A DNA stretch of 64,000 nucleotides from Phoronis australis (GCA_002633005.1 NMRA01000478.1:188264-252263); one strand, 5' to 3'. Counted from the stretch's first letter, positions 13,348 to 26,132 are shown. Notes: generated by a model not told the origin, from the sequence alone. Numbers and translations: made by a program.

Positions 13348-15395
13348 ATACGCACTTTTCAGCTTGGTGGCTGTGGTGCAGGGCTATCTCAGATTTTGAC
13401 TCCCGAGTTTCCTACGTCTGGCCGCCTTTGTCTCGGCACCTGCTGGATCTCAGCACTCTAGCGGTAGTCCCCGGAAATTGTTGTTTTCAAGGACATTTTT
13501 ATTTTATGTTTTTTTATTTATTTCAACCTAATGGACATTATTTTGTTTCGTATCAGAGGTACATTTTTGTTATTCATAAACCGTAGGCTGGCGTTCAACT
13601 GAAAATTCAGAGATTCGATCGGCACAGGGAAGGACACTGGATTACTGCCGGAACTCAAAGCATTGGTCGAGCTGTTGTCACTAAAAATAAACTGTTGAAT
13701 TACTTTTTGACGTGTACCTCTAGTATACACTATGTCTGTAGAGTTAGACAGAGCTCATTTTGAAGTTGTTCAAACATGATATTTAGATTTATGAAGCTTT
13801 AAAAAATTGAGTTATTTTTGTAAATACCCTATTTTTGCAACTACCACACCAGACTTGTAATCTTTTGTAACCATACCACGACTTAGTGATCATGCTACCT
13901 TCAAAATTAAATGAAAGCTAACTTTATGGAATGAAACTACAAAAATGCCAAGTTCATAAGAAAGTAGGCCTAATTGAAATGTCTTAATGGTGCAAACGGA
14001 CAATTCCATAGGCGGATTTGGGGGGGGNNNNNGGGGGCAAGCAAATGAAACAAAAAGAGCGTGAAGCGTGAGGAAATATTGAGTTCAATAACTCAATAAC
14101 TAGGACCGGTAGCGGAAGAGGGGGGCTCAGACTCTAGATCGCGGCGGAATCGTATTCCTGTTTTTTTTTTAGTCCACCGATAGATTTTCTGAACAGAAGG
14201 TCCAACGGTCTACATCCCTGGCCCCTGCAACTTTCGGGCCACCTGTGCACATACAATCGCACTTTGCCCAATTCCACGAGGCAACACATATTGGGCCCCT
14301 CCCGGTGGTATCCTAGATTCGTCACCGTCTGAATTCCAGACATTAATTTGACTTAGACTCAGCCCTAGACTTACCGGAGCTAACTGTTTGCCAAGGACGA
14401 GATGAGTGTGTACCTGAGCTATATGAACCTGAATTTTTTTATCAAAATATTTCGTTAGAAGATTAGAAAAGCGTAAACAGTGCCATCGAGTCTACCTAAT
14501 CAAAGACTATAGGGCAAGTGCCGTCTGTAATCTATGACCTACTTTACTCCAGGAGTCCCACCAGTTGTGACCTATTTTTCATTTGGCGAAATTTAGCAGA
14601 CGACAGAATAAAAATATCGGTGAATCTTCACTGATTTCATTCGAAAGATCATGAAATCTATGGAATAGTACAGATAATTCGACTTTAAGGTACATACCCA
14701 GATTTACATGAACATATCGTATCAGTGGCCTTGTCATTTTTCAGGTGAAGGTGGCCCCGAGGCCGAGGGGTTCTTCGGATTTTCGCTGGCTCCTCGAGCA
14801 CTTACTTTTTCATCGTCACCTTTACAGATTCCCATATCATGAACGTGCGATTCTCTGTTGAAAAGCATCGCCTCTTGTCTCTGTCGAAGCGTTTTTAAAT
14901 AGTGCAAAAACACTCATCGATTCCACCAGGAATGTCGTTTAGCGACAGTGTATTTGCCTCTGACATCTCGTTCGATTGTCGGGTATATCATGTGACTTTT
15001 CGCGTAGGGGCAGAGCTTGCGATAGGTCAATTTCGGGAGATGAGGAACTCAATAAGTTAAAGGCGAAGGCAACCCTTTTTCCATGTCATTTTGAGCTAAA
15101 ATAAGGTTGGTTGGTTATCCTAGACATATTTTCCACTTAATTACTGCTTTTCGTAACTTCATAAATTACTCGTCCGCTACTCCGGAAGTGACGTTTTAGG
15201 AGGCAAGCATTTCCCGCCACTTGGTTTTGCGTTGACTTTACCGTGCGAATCTGTTCTATTCTACTTTTGTTTTGTGCTGTTTTTCAACAATTGTCGCCAC
15301 CACTTTCCATCGGCGAGTATTCTGCGGCAAGATAGGTTAGTAGAGAACTCAACTACGTTGGATTTAGGGATTGTTTAGTGTGTTGTAAGCTGAAA

Positions 15396-15791
15396 ATGGC
15401 TGGAGTCGGTGACCCGTATCACAGTGACAGTAGTGTGAGTGACGGAGACCTTGTTCACAGCAGTGGTGACGAGGAATTTTTTCACGGACATTCAGTGGGT
15501 GGGTACATGTTTGAGCCCGAGTATAACGAGGCAGAGTACGCACAGGCACAGGCAGCTGTTGAGAGAAACGAGGCGGCTACTGAGGACAGACATGGTGACA
15601 CATCTTGGTGCAAATGCACTGTGTGCGTTGTTATGCCTACCTCAATGGAATGCTTGTGCTGTTCAGAGTTCGATGAGGCCAAGCCACTACTGGACATGGT
15701 TAAGTGGACCTCCGGCATACCACGGACAGAGGAACAACTGTCCCACTTGCCAGAGTGTCCCGCGACACACTCCCACTGGATGGTGACCTGA
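15396..15791 (+). CDS. KolX-like accessory protein N-terminus (P2X7 cytoplasmic ballast/Nanor-like Cys-rich motif), truncated at about 15700
   Basis: GYMFEPE...WCKCTVCVVMPTSMECLCCSE matches the WC.CG.C..MPT..E..CC.E motif of the P2X7 C-terminal/Nanor-like zinc-binding domain. Confidence 0.75.
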   Translation: MAGVGDPYHSDSSVSDGDLVHSSGDEEFFHGHSVGGYMFEPEYNEAEYAQAQAAVERNEAATEDRHGDTSWCKCTVCVVMPTSMECLCCSEFDEAKPLLDMVKWTSGIPRTEEQLSHLPECPATHSHWMVT

Positions 15792-16489
15792 GCACCCAAA
15801 CTGCTTACATCGTGTCGTGTGACTCCCTCGCCACACACCTGGCACCTTCTAAATAGCTCCAACACTTTAGACAAGTCCACAATAAACTTATCAAAGTTTG
15901 GCTCACCGATCTGTTCACTGGACGACGAACTGTCCTCTTCACTGGGTGCCGAACTGAGCCTGTAATCACTCTCACTACTCAATATCGCTGCAGGGCTGCT
16001 TAGAGGCTCTGGGCTAGAGAAAACAGCACATGGCGAATCACTACTGGTTCCAGGAATTGCACGATCTGGGGTACGTTCGGAGGCACGGGTGACAGTAGAT
16101 GAAGTGCCTCCACTGGCTCCAGCCACTGTACTGGCCACAGCTCGCGAGGCTTCTCGCTTCAAAAACGCATTTCTCGGGGGTGGCGACGGGGCACTGCCGG
16201 GAATCAACACAAACGGAATGGCATCCTTCTTCAGACGTTGTTTCGCAGGGACCTTCATCATTTCAGCGTACAAATCCCTTTCGTAATAGGACGGCAGAAA
16301 GTGCTTGCCACACACACGGTAATTCTCCACTGCGTTGTACGTTGCGTGGACGGGTAACGCTGTGTTCTTCACACGAACGAGCCAAATACGGCGAAGTGTG
16401 TCATCCATCGGAAAGCGATGCAAAGGTACTCCCAAAGCGCGCGTGAGCCGATAATTAGTACATCCTGGTACGCAGCAACAGCGTGGCAT
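15482..16489 (-). CDS. THAP-domain N-terminal part of a Kolobok transposase (truncated at about 15700, reads through into antisense KolX)
   Basis: MPRCCCVPGC...HRFP...W...RVCGKHF...LKKDAIP is a full C2CH THAP. It is followed by a Ser-rich linker and the KFIV...LxELFRRCQVCG...GAQVTIQWECVAGH...W.S segment typical of Kolobok transposases. There is no DDE core. Confidence 0.8.
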   Translation of the reverse strand: MPRCCCVPGCTNYRLTRALGVPLHRFPMDDTLRRIWLVRVKNTALPVHATYNAVENYRVCGKHFLPSYYERDLYAEMMKVPAKQRLKKDAIPFVLIPGSAPSPPPRNAFLKREASRAVASTVAGASGGTSSTVTRASERTPDRAIPGTSSDSPCAVFSSPEPLSSPAAILSSESDYRLSSAPSEEDSSSSSEQIGEPNFDKFIVDLSKVLELFRRCQVCGEGVTRHDVSSLGAQVTIQWECVAGHSGKWDSCSSVRGMPEVHLTMSSSGLASSNSEQHKHSIEVGITTHTVHLHQDVSPCLSSVAASFLSTAACACAYSASLYSGSNMYPPTECP

Positions 16490-19258
16490 GTTGACTGACT
16501 AGTAAATGAAAGCAAACGACGACGGAACTTAACACAACCGAGGTAGAACAATGACTGACTCGACAGCTCTCACATTCAGACTATATGAAAAGAAATTGGC
16601 GCGAAATGCTTGCCTCCTAAAACGTCACTTCCGGAGTAGCGGACGAGTAATTAATAAAATTACGAAAAGCTGTAATTAAGTGGAAAATATGTCTAGGATA
16701 ACCAACAAACCTTATTTTAGCTCAAAATGACATGGAAAAAGGTTGCCTTCGCCTTTAAGCTTCAAAATTGTTAAATGTATCAAAGAAATGGTAAGAATAT
16801 TGTATTGAAACTGAAAAATGAATAACAGTTACAGAACACTCATTATTCCACGTTCTCTTGTAGTTGCAGCGACAGCAGACGATAATGTAGTTGCTGGGGG
16901 TGGTCTATGCCAATAGGGAGCGATGAATCAGCGCGACTTAGCGTGGTTTTGCATTTCACATCATAAAGATTTCCATAGCAACTCGAGTATGAGTGTCAGA
17001 TTTGAGTACGCTTGGAGTCTACCCCGGCGAAATGCGACATTAGATACGCTTTTTTGAGCACGACTCCAGTGAGCACGATTTTCAGTATCAAATCTCGAGT
17101 ATGAGTATGAGTCTGAGTACGGAGATTATTGGAAACCGGGCCTGGGTCACGCCACTGGTCGTCAAAGCTACATGTATGTATGTTGCTCGTTCGTGTTATC
17201 AGTGACTGGGAGCAATAACACCGTGCCAGCTAAAAGATCGAAACAGGGGAGTGTCGGCGGAACACGGAACTGTTTCATAGAATTGCCTAGAATTAGAATT
17301 AGAATTTAGCCAGTGTTGTCAAGACAAGGTAGGTAAGTGTACGGTGTACAGCCGTGGGTGACACCATGCAGGCGTGCGTTCTGTTGGCACAAGTATTAGT
17401 AGTAAAGGCAGTAGTAGCTGTAGCTCTAAAGGTTTGCTTCACGTCGGTGAGGTTTACAAACACTGGCAGATAAAACATTTATTAGTACACGTGCTAGTCT
17501 GTGACAGAACCGATTAACAGACATACAGCCGTTTCTGGAGAATTATATGCAGATAGACGTACACGAGAAAAACAAATGGGTAACTGGTTCTTGGCATGGA
17601 ACGCTACAATCCTACAAGAGTCATCTAGAAGGTGTTTTAATATTAGAATATGACTTACAAAGTCGTTCAGATTTTTGTGTCTCGTATATCACTTGGGAGT
17701 GAATGCCACAGCCTAAATCCTTTGGGTAACTCATGCATTATAGGCCATTTGTTTTGGTATTATAGTCTAGGACGCAGAGTGTATTTGTATGGAGTAATCC
17801 ATACACGTTATGCTTCATAGCAAAAATATTTACTATAGCGCATGGACCAAGCTTTTTGTGTTTACAAATTCAGTGCTCAGCACTTTATTACATAAACTAT
17901 TATGTTTTTTACATTTTGCCATAAATAACAAGATGTTTACAAGATAAAATATTCATTGAAGACATAGAGTAGGGCAAATAATTAGGTATATTCTACTTTC
18001 TTTGGAACCAGTGTAATGAGCTGTCAACTGTACATTTCAAAGCTACATAGATGTTTGTCCTTTTTATCTATTAGGAAACTTACATTGCGTCTGCAAATTT
18101 AGGATAGATAGTTGGAGCAATTAGTTCATCACATTTTTGTAAATGTCTCTGCAACCTGAATTTTAGCTAAGGAATATAGATGTATCAAACGGCACTAAAG
18201 GTCTAATAAATATATGTATATGTGTCGATGAATGCCAAGCTAAATTATTCACAACAACTGTGCAGGATGCATATTCTAAAACGTGTCTTTTTAGGGTAGC
18301 AATCTTTTGAACCACTGAAATTTTCCCCTGCTGGTTTAATTAGTCAATAACATCACTGGTCCGTTTCCATTTTACGTTACCATTACGCCATGTTATTTTT
18401 CTCATTTTGGTAACACTCTTGGTTTTAAGATTTAAAAACATTTTTAAATCTCTTGGGTGTGCGAAATGATAATTATTTATGAATTAAATCATTCATCTTT
18501 CACTTCTGGTGTAATCATACACCATCAAGAACTATTGCATGAATTCTAGCAGCGGACTCTGATGTAACTGACGGTTGAAATACGGCGGAGTTGCGAAAAG
18601 TTTTAGTTAACAGTAAATTCCATAGCAAAAACTAACAACGGAAAAACTAATGCAATCAAATATTCCACGCATGCGCAGCGCAACTTCAACATAGCGAGAT
18701 CAAAGTTGGCATTGCAGGACTGTAGTTTTATGGTGCTACCAGGAAGAGATAACCAGGAAAGGACAACTGTTTTAGCGCATTTTAACGTGTTTTCAAAGGG
18801 GATTTCAAAAGTAAATGTTAAATTTGTCTGGAATCCAAGCATTGTGTTTGAAAGCTGAACTCTTTAGCTATAAAATGACACCACTTTGGTCAACAAAGAC
18901 TGCAGACTGCATATTACTGGCACTGGGGATGCTTTGAACGTGACATGCTTACCCTTCCAAAAGATGCCTCTTCCCAGGCATGTACTCGGGCATGATCGTC
19001 TTTTTTGAACCAACAGATGTCACTAATATATGCAAATGAGGCTCGCATCTCCTACGACGCGAGCTTCTCAGGTGCCTATAGTGAATCACTTGAAACGCAG
19101 ATCTACCTGATTGAGTAGATCTAAGAAAATTAGAACATTGAATGGTTTCACATGATAATACATTCAATTGTATTTGGATACGCTTGCATGTGTGTATGCG
19201 TGTACTTCCTCATTTTGCTTAAATCCAGATTTAGAAGCAGGTGTTATTTTGTCAAGAA

Positions 19259-21354
19259 GAGAGGTTGTTTGAGGTTGTTTATTGCACTTTGAGCTAAGCT
19301 CATTTGTACATATTACATTGCAACATTTGGTATAGGTGGCAATTTCCTGTCCGGGTATTCAGTTCATATATACATATTTACACGTTACAATGTTAGAGTT
19401 TCCTGTCTCATACCATAAGCCTTTAATACAAATAAGGATAGTCTTTTCAAAAGATTTCCAGAGTTTGTTTTGAATAAGTATTTGTCGTTTTCGATGTCTG
19501 TATGCTGTCGGGATATTTCTGGTAAAAAATTCTTTCTAATGTCGTTAAGTACAGGGCAGTTAAGTAATAAGTGTATTTCGTCTTCAATTTCTGAACGGTT
19601 GCAAATTTCGCAAAGTCTATCTTCCTTTGGAATGTCATGATGCCTACCAGTTTCTATTTTCAGTTGGTGTCCAGAGCACCTGAATTTGGCTAAAATTCTA
19701 CGTAGAGTTGGTGGTAGACTGTAAAGATATTCTTCACAAGATAAATCTGTTTTGATAATAGAGTAAAATGAGCACTTGCTAGAGCTCTGCACTGATGTCC
19801 TCCATTCTTGGGCAGCACAATCCAACAATCTTTGCTTAAATTCTGATATAAATAAATCAATGTTACCCGGTTCACTTATCCATACCTCCCCAAACCCGTA
19901 TCTGAATAAAATATCTTTAAAGTCCTCGTCTCACGCGTTGTTAACCCTTATTACATGGTTAGAAGATGTTATAAGGATCCAAGAAGTACCTACCCCATAA
20001 CTAATACACGATCCGTACTCGAAAACAGTTTAAATGAACGCGCCACTCACGATTCGCACCCGAAGAAACACCGCCATTTTGAACTTGCCGCGAACCCGGA
20101 AGTACAATTCATTCAGGAACCCAGGCCGAGAAAACGCCGTCAGTGCGACTGGAGCAGTGCCTGTACTGTTAACAGCCAGCAAACGGGGATAAAAAAATCG
20201 ACAGCGCGCCTTAATTTTGATAAAAACAAACTACGGACAATTTTATGGAATTTGCTGAAGAAATGTGGCGAATAAATTTTGACAGAAATTATTTTGCCAG
20301 ACTCGGGACCGCAGCCTACCGGACCCGGTGCGGATCGAGACCAGACACTGGCGAACGGTAAATGCATGCGGTTGCAAGCTGTTTTGTCGAAGTAAAATGG
20401 TCAAATGATAAATGCTGCATATATTCAAAGGTAGTTTCAGACACTTGCATGAAATTACGGGCTGGTTAGTCCTGTGTCACACTGCTGGCCACAAACACAA
20501 AAAACACGAAAATTGAACAAAGTTTCTTTTTTGTAGCAACGTTTGTCAAAATGTATCAACGTTATGAATCTTCACAAATTACAAAGTAGCCGATTGAACA
20601 TGCCTTTCAGTTCAGCAAAAGTCGACATTGTAGGTGCCGCCAGAAATGAGACGATCGAAGTCCAACGGGAATTGTGAGCACATTTATCACTTAATGAGTA
20701 ACTGCGAGGCTGAATTTTGGTGAACACTGCTAAATCGTGCAGAATAGTAAGTAAAGATATGTGTAACTAAATTTTACCGTAATTTGTTGGCGAAAACAAT
20801 TTACACAAAGTTTTAAACTCGTAACTCCATCCCGCTGTCCTCCAATATGGCCGACGCGATCCAAACAAAGTGACCCAAATTTCGCCACAAAACTTGCAAT
20901 AACTTTACAGTGCTTGCCCCGATTTTGATACTTTTTCGATTTTTACTGAGTAGAATGTACTACCTTTCCGATGATAGCAAAGTACTTTTTCAAAACGAGG
21001 AAAAAAATAAAACCGAAAAAAANTATAACAATATAGGAACTACCATACTATCAAACAATTTAAAACATACATGCGGGGATCTACAATTCACTTTGGTTAA
21101 ACATGCTTTTAACATGTTCATTGCTTTTCTAGCTTGTAAAGCTGATATTCTACAATTTTCATTCCATTTTAATCTGCAAGAAAATGTCACACCAAGATAC
21201 TTGTAATAAGATTTCGATCCCTATCTTATTGTAGAACCACCGTTCTTGTGCCGACAGAGTCCCACCTCGCTTGAAGACAACAATATTTGTCTTATCAAGA
21301 TTAACACAAATACTCCAATCCACACAGTAGTTGTGCAATACATTTAATTTCCTC
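19259..21354 (-). mobile_element. 5'-truncated non-LTR retrotransposon (CR1-group/RTEX-like), interrupted
   Basis: C-terminal LAKFRCSGHQLKIETGRH...RLCEIC...EDEIHLLLNCP (19385-19828); RT-end motifs VNLDKTNIVVF and YKYLGVTFS (21020-21350); aataaa plus acaacctc tandem tail; flanking TGTCAAGAA duplication. Confidence 0.85.
19921..21022. mobile_element. Probable TTAA-inserted non-autonomous DNA element interrupting the LINE; right end lost at an N join
   Basis: LINE coding similarity stops at ttaa 19917-19920 and resumes after the single n at 21023. Confidence 0.45.
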
Positions 21355-23078
21355 TGTCAAGAAATTAGCCAAGAAATTAGCTGCTCCCGCCACGGTGACC
21401 GGTGTCGTGGCGTCGCCGGGAAGTCTGATCCATGCATGCTCAATTCGACAAACTAATGCTAGTCGCTGGTCAGCTCCGCTATGATTCATGCGCAATTCGA
21501 CGAAGTAATGCTAGTCGCTGGTCAGCTCCGCTATGATTCATTTGAGACGTGCGGCTTAACTCGAACCTATACCCGTGTTCTGGGTCCAAGGTCGTTTTTT
21601 GACCCAGTTTCGGGAAAAGTTCATTTTAATACGGTCATTTCCTGAAGATTTTTTGAAAGGTATGATCCCGAAATCCTCGGCCTATAGAGCTGTATCAAAA
21701 TTTCTTGTTGAAACACGTCCACTGGTCCAGCTTCTGCCGGGGGGCTGGGGAAAATGAACGCGTGTCCCAAAAATGCACACACTTCAACCCCTGCAGTTCA
21801 AGTTCTTTTCCCGTCAATCACTGTGCGCGGATTCTACGCGGGCAGCCTACTGCAGGACTACACCTTTAAGGTGGGTGCGTCACTGAGTCACGACGTGTCC
21901 ATCCTTTGCAGTATGCACGGGAATGGCAAGCAAACGATTCGGTTTAGAAGAACCTAAATTCATTCCACAATACTACTGGGGACTACAAGCATCAAAGAAG
22001 TGCAAAGACAATCTTTCCAACTTTATGAGCAATGACTCGAACTTCTTTTTCGATCTACGGTTTGTAAATTTTTGAATTTCATTAGTCTAGTTTTCAATTC
22101 AATAAAGCATTTAGAGCTGCCCGACATTCATTAATATCACTGTTATCGTTTAGTGTCCTTAGCGATATGGTGGTCTGATGATGGATCGAATTTTTGCAAG
22201 TCAGCCTTCAGCCTTCAACTAAGTTCAGTGACGCATCGCCATTTCTTACAAGACAGCTTCTGTGCTGTGCACGAATGTTTTGTGTTTTTGATGAATTTGG
22301 AATATCAACTTCCCCTCGTCAGTAGTTGGCAGTGTCATGTCGGAGGTGTATAGAGGGCGCAGCACTGAAAAAAGTGAAGGCTAAAGCAACCTTAGCCCCC
22401 TGTAGTGCACCGCCTATGGACCACTGAAAAACTTGGACTGAATTAATACGCTCCACAAAACTTTTGCTTTACAAATTTTCTCGAACTTTCGAAATACATG
22501 TATGAATGATTAAATGCACATTTTCAAGGGCGCATAGACGACCTATGCTGCAAAAACGGAGACCCTAACAACAATTGTCCTGGCCAGGGCCCTCAAATGG
22601 TAAACCATACACTGATACCGAGTTGTGTTCTCTTGAATTTTCTCTCTGATCAGTATTCGAAGTCTTTCTTTTGTGTCTTTCCCCAGCCCCACACCCTTGT
22701 CGGTTGCCATGGTTTGACCCTGAGGCATGCATTTTTTTGGGGTGGCACTCGCCCTCCCCCGCTTACTAAGGTCCTGATGCAAGGAGTCCATCGTTGGTCC
22801 AAGATCAATGTTGTGTTTCAACACGCACTCGTTGTGTAGCTTGAACATTAAATTAATAAACGTTTAAGAAATACAGGAGCAGTTTTGCGCATTTAATTGT
22901 GCGTGTAAAAGGGTTTATGGATTCGTACTGAATTTGTTGCTGCAACTTGTCTCATGGGCCTGTATCCGGCACGTGACCACAAATATGGACACTAATTCGG
23001 CTATTGCGCAAGTCGACTGTAGCAAGGTGGCCAGTGAAAATGTAAGGCAGTGACAACTCGCATTTCTAGTCCCTTATT

Positions 23079-23702
23079 ATGAAAACCATTGAAGACAATT
23101 ACCAGCACCTGCAAACAAGAATTCTGAAGTATGGAGAATTTCAACAGGAGTTAGCTGTATACTTAGTCGCGAAGCTGCCGACATTACAGCCACGATTACT
23201 GCCGGTCCTTCGAAGCATTTATAGCACATATATACGAATTTTTAAGAATGGCAAGGGTGCGTTTTGTGTTGACGGAAATGTCCATGGCGTCGAAGAATTT
23301 GAGGCATTTAATGATGAACAACTGTTGTGGCTTAATTTGGAAAAACACCTAGCAAAACTAACTTCCAAGTGTGCATACTGTGGCGGAATTAAGAAATACG
23401 ATTATGGCAGAGCCACAAAGTGTGCTAAAATGGCAGAAAATTAGGCATAACATTTCTGTAGCAGATAAAAGGTTGATTGGCGCAGGAGAAGGCCGATGTC
23501 TTCAATGCTCAGAAAAATTTCGGCAGGCAAGGAACTTGCCAAGACAACGGCACAGTTGAGTCCGGGCATTCTAAAGGAAAGAACTGCAGCCAATTCCAAT
23601 TATTCGGTGCAACTTCTCTCACCCGACGGTGTTGTTTCACGATACCGCAACCTCAAACAACGTCTAAGAAACGAAACGCGGAGGGTGAGATATTACAGAG
23701 TA
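23079..23702 (+). pseudogene. Homologous transposase N-terminal fragment inside the 18738-24437 copy
   Basis: ORFs 23079-23444 and 23496-23702 (TAANSNYSVQLLSPDGVVSRYRNLKQRLRNETRRVRYYR) align to the reverse complement of 3195-3857. Confidence 0.55.
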
Positions 23703-24949
23703 TTAATATTTATTCTTGGATACAGATGTCCACCTCAAAATGAATTTCCCACGGCCATTCTTTATGCCGATACTATGTTTTCGTCAACTGAAGAAGAACG
23801 GGGATCATAGAAATCCCGCGCGCTCCGTCTATGGTTCTGACACTTCAAACTTTTGTCAGCACGATAGGTAGCCGCAGAAAGTTCGATGTTGACCTCATTC
23901 TATCTAATCTCTGCAATCCACTGTCAGGGGACGAAAACAATTCAGAGTCCGCTCCTCGAAATAGGGCTTGCTTAGCTGGAATTCAGAACTGCGGTCATGA
24001 GAGTGTTTTTACCTCCTGATTGCGAAGCGATCGAGTTAGCAGTGCTATCTTCATCAGCGCGTGCTCTCAGCGGAAGCTCACCGCTTTATTCACTCAAGCG
24101 CTCGACCAACAACTGACGATAGTCTCAGAACTCCCACGTGCAAATTTGATATGCAAATGAGGGAGTACTTGGCTACTGCGCCATCTATACATCGACGGAA
24201 AAGCTTAAATACCCGTGACTGCGTGTGGGAAGTTGCTATTGCCTGCGCTGAAGTCGATATTTTCAAAGTACAATTACACCACTGTTTCAGTTTTTGATAT
24301 CCTTCTGTAGAAAAAGCTTTAATCTCTCTGATAAAACCATCTGTTTCCTTTTAAACGAAGTCCTGAAATTAGTCCGGGGAAGGAGGCCAAAAACTGCGGT
24401 TTTGCTAGTTGTCCCTTCCTGGTTATCTCTTCCTGGTGCTACCCATATCACTGCCCAGTCAACCATGACGATTGTGTAAGGGCACGTACTGACTCTCGGT
24501 CACTGCAACTTAAGAAAGTTAATTGTGGAAAAAATTAGTTCATGGCTGCATAGAACAAAAATGTTGTAAATAAGTCCCCATTTAGAGTTTTCAGAAAAAG
24601 ATTATTCTTGAAACCGCATTTCACACACCGCCTCACTTAGTTTTGAAAATTCGCAACATCTGTCGAAAGCGCTATGCTCATCTACGTGCTAAAAGACCTT
24701 TCTGTCTAAGCATGTGTAATAGTTTGTACTAGAACTACACTTACCTTATATGGCACAATTAGTTAGAATGGTTTATTACATAACTCTTGCCAAACAGTTC
24801 TATGAAATGTGACTCATATGCACGTGGTCTTGTGTATTGCAAAAACATGTTATTGTACAGTAGTTAGTCAGTCCGCAATAAAGTAATGTTCAAGTAAAGA
24901 CGTCTTCTTCACTCCTCTCTCCGCAAGACATTACAGACATATACTTAAT

Positions 24950-26102
24950 CAGCCGATTTCATGAAGGTGGTTTAACAAAACCAGGTTTAAGACTTGAACC
25001 TGGTCTTCCTAAACCTGGTATAATTTTAGACCTGACGTGCATTTCACCAACATGGTTTAAGAGTCTGAAAGCCTGGTTTTGCTAGACCAGGGAGCTGGTT
25101 CAGTAAAACCAGCTTTAAAGTATCAAAGGCACCCCACTGTGTCGAGCTGGGTAAACCCAACAAAGAAACTATTGAAGTGCTTCAATGAAACCTTGATCAC
25201 GTGGGTATACATGCAATGGCGTACACTAGTAGAATCTGAGTACAGACATTTATGAAAAAGGTCTAAAAGCTTTTCTCATCATTTCTGTGCCCAACACACA
25301 TACATTAAAGAACACGCTTACGAGTAGATGTAACATGATAAATGCCCAAATTTATTTCCTTGTCATTTTAGTGTTTATTTTTCACGGCTAGGGGGGGCAA
25401 GACCCCTTCCCGGCAACATTAAATCGGAGAACAGTGGAGGTGGAACTCAGACAGAAGAATCAGAGGATGCTGCCTTAAGTCAAATCCGATGACGCCCTGC
25501 TCGACCAGTCGTATTCTGAGGAATCCGCTGGTCACACTCCAGCAAGTACTGGTCTACGCATAGGCGGATCCAGGGAGGTCAAGGGGTCCGGAGCCCCTCT
25601 TTTCCTTGATTTTAGTGATATCAAATCGATAATTAATTTTCAAATTGTTGACTTGGTCCCCCCTTTCAAAAAGTCCTTGACCACCCCCCCCCCTTAAAAA
25701 TCCTGGATCCTCCCCTGCTACGTTTGATCTTGATCGTAGTAAAACTGAATATTGTAAAAATAGTCCATTTTTGCTCTAAAACTGCGTCGCAAATGCACTC
25801 CGCGGCATCATTCAGTTGCACCTATACCATGCAAGTCTGACATATTTAACAGTTAAACCTGGGTCTGACCAAGTCTAAAGTTAAACATGGTTTAAGATCT
25901 TAACACAGGTCTAAAGAATATAGACCTAGTTGGTGAAATGAAAACTGACTTAAACCAGGTCTAAATTGGAGTTAAACCAGGTTTTACTAGACCACTGGTG
26001 TAAAAGTTAAACCACCTTTATGAAATGCAGATTATCTTTAAACCTGGTCTAAGTCCAGTTTAAACCAGGTTTAACTTTAAACCACCTTTATGAAATCGGC
26101 TG
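24950..26102. mobile_element. Harbinger-like MITE
   Basis: TIR cagccgatttcat(g/a)aaggtggtttaa; 3-bp TSD AAT; many subterminal aaaccaggt(t/c)t repeats. Confidence 0.8.
25559..25717. mobile_element. 159-bp hAT-like MITE with 5-bp TSD
   Basis: cataggcggatccagg...cctggatcctcccctg; perfect TSD CTACG. Confidence 0.8.
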
Positions 26103-26132
26103 AATATGTTCAAGTAGATACCGTATTGGCAC

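Larger units (their letters stand above)
15061..16754. mobile_element. Kolobok-type DNA transposon, internally deleted, young
   Basis: TTAA TSD (15057-15060, 16755-16758); AGG...CCT termini; nearly identical TIRs of about 158 bp (15061-15219 and 16597-16754); convergent THAP and KolX-like ORFs. Confidence 0.92.
12677..17142. mobile_element. PIF/Harbinger-type element (degenerate) hosting a nested Kolobok element
   Basis: TIRs ggcccggt(c/t)tccaat...ctccgtactcagactc; 3-bp TSD TGG confirmed by the empty site at about 58676 (gcatctgggtcacgcc). Subterminal tactc/gagta repeat arrays at both ends. Confidence 0.85.
18738..24437 (+). mobile_element. Unclassified TIR DNA transposon (ACCAGG termini), internally deleted copy with nested LINE
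   Basis: About 30-bp TIRs accaggaagagataaccaggaa(a/g)ggacaac. The empty site in the duplicated block at about 60205 (atgatgctacccag) gives a TSD of GCT, or TGCTA if the termini are CCAGG. The interior is the reverse complement of 2505-5193 plus 9060-10644. Confidence 0.85.

Noticed and set aside
14007-14330. Additional cataggcggattt hAT-MITE end and GC-rich MITE-like piece
   Set aside because: Contains Ns and has no matching end or TSD, so boundaries cannot be supported.
15396-15791. Host P2X7 receptor or host THAP gene
   Set aside because: Both ORFs lie between TIRs with a TTAA TSD and are truncated; no channel domain is present.
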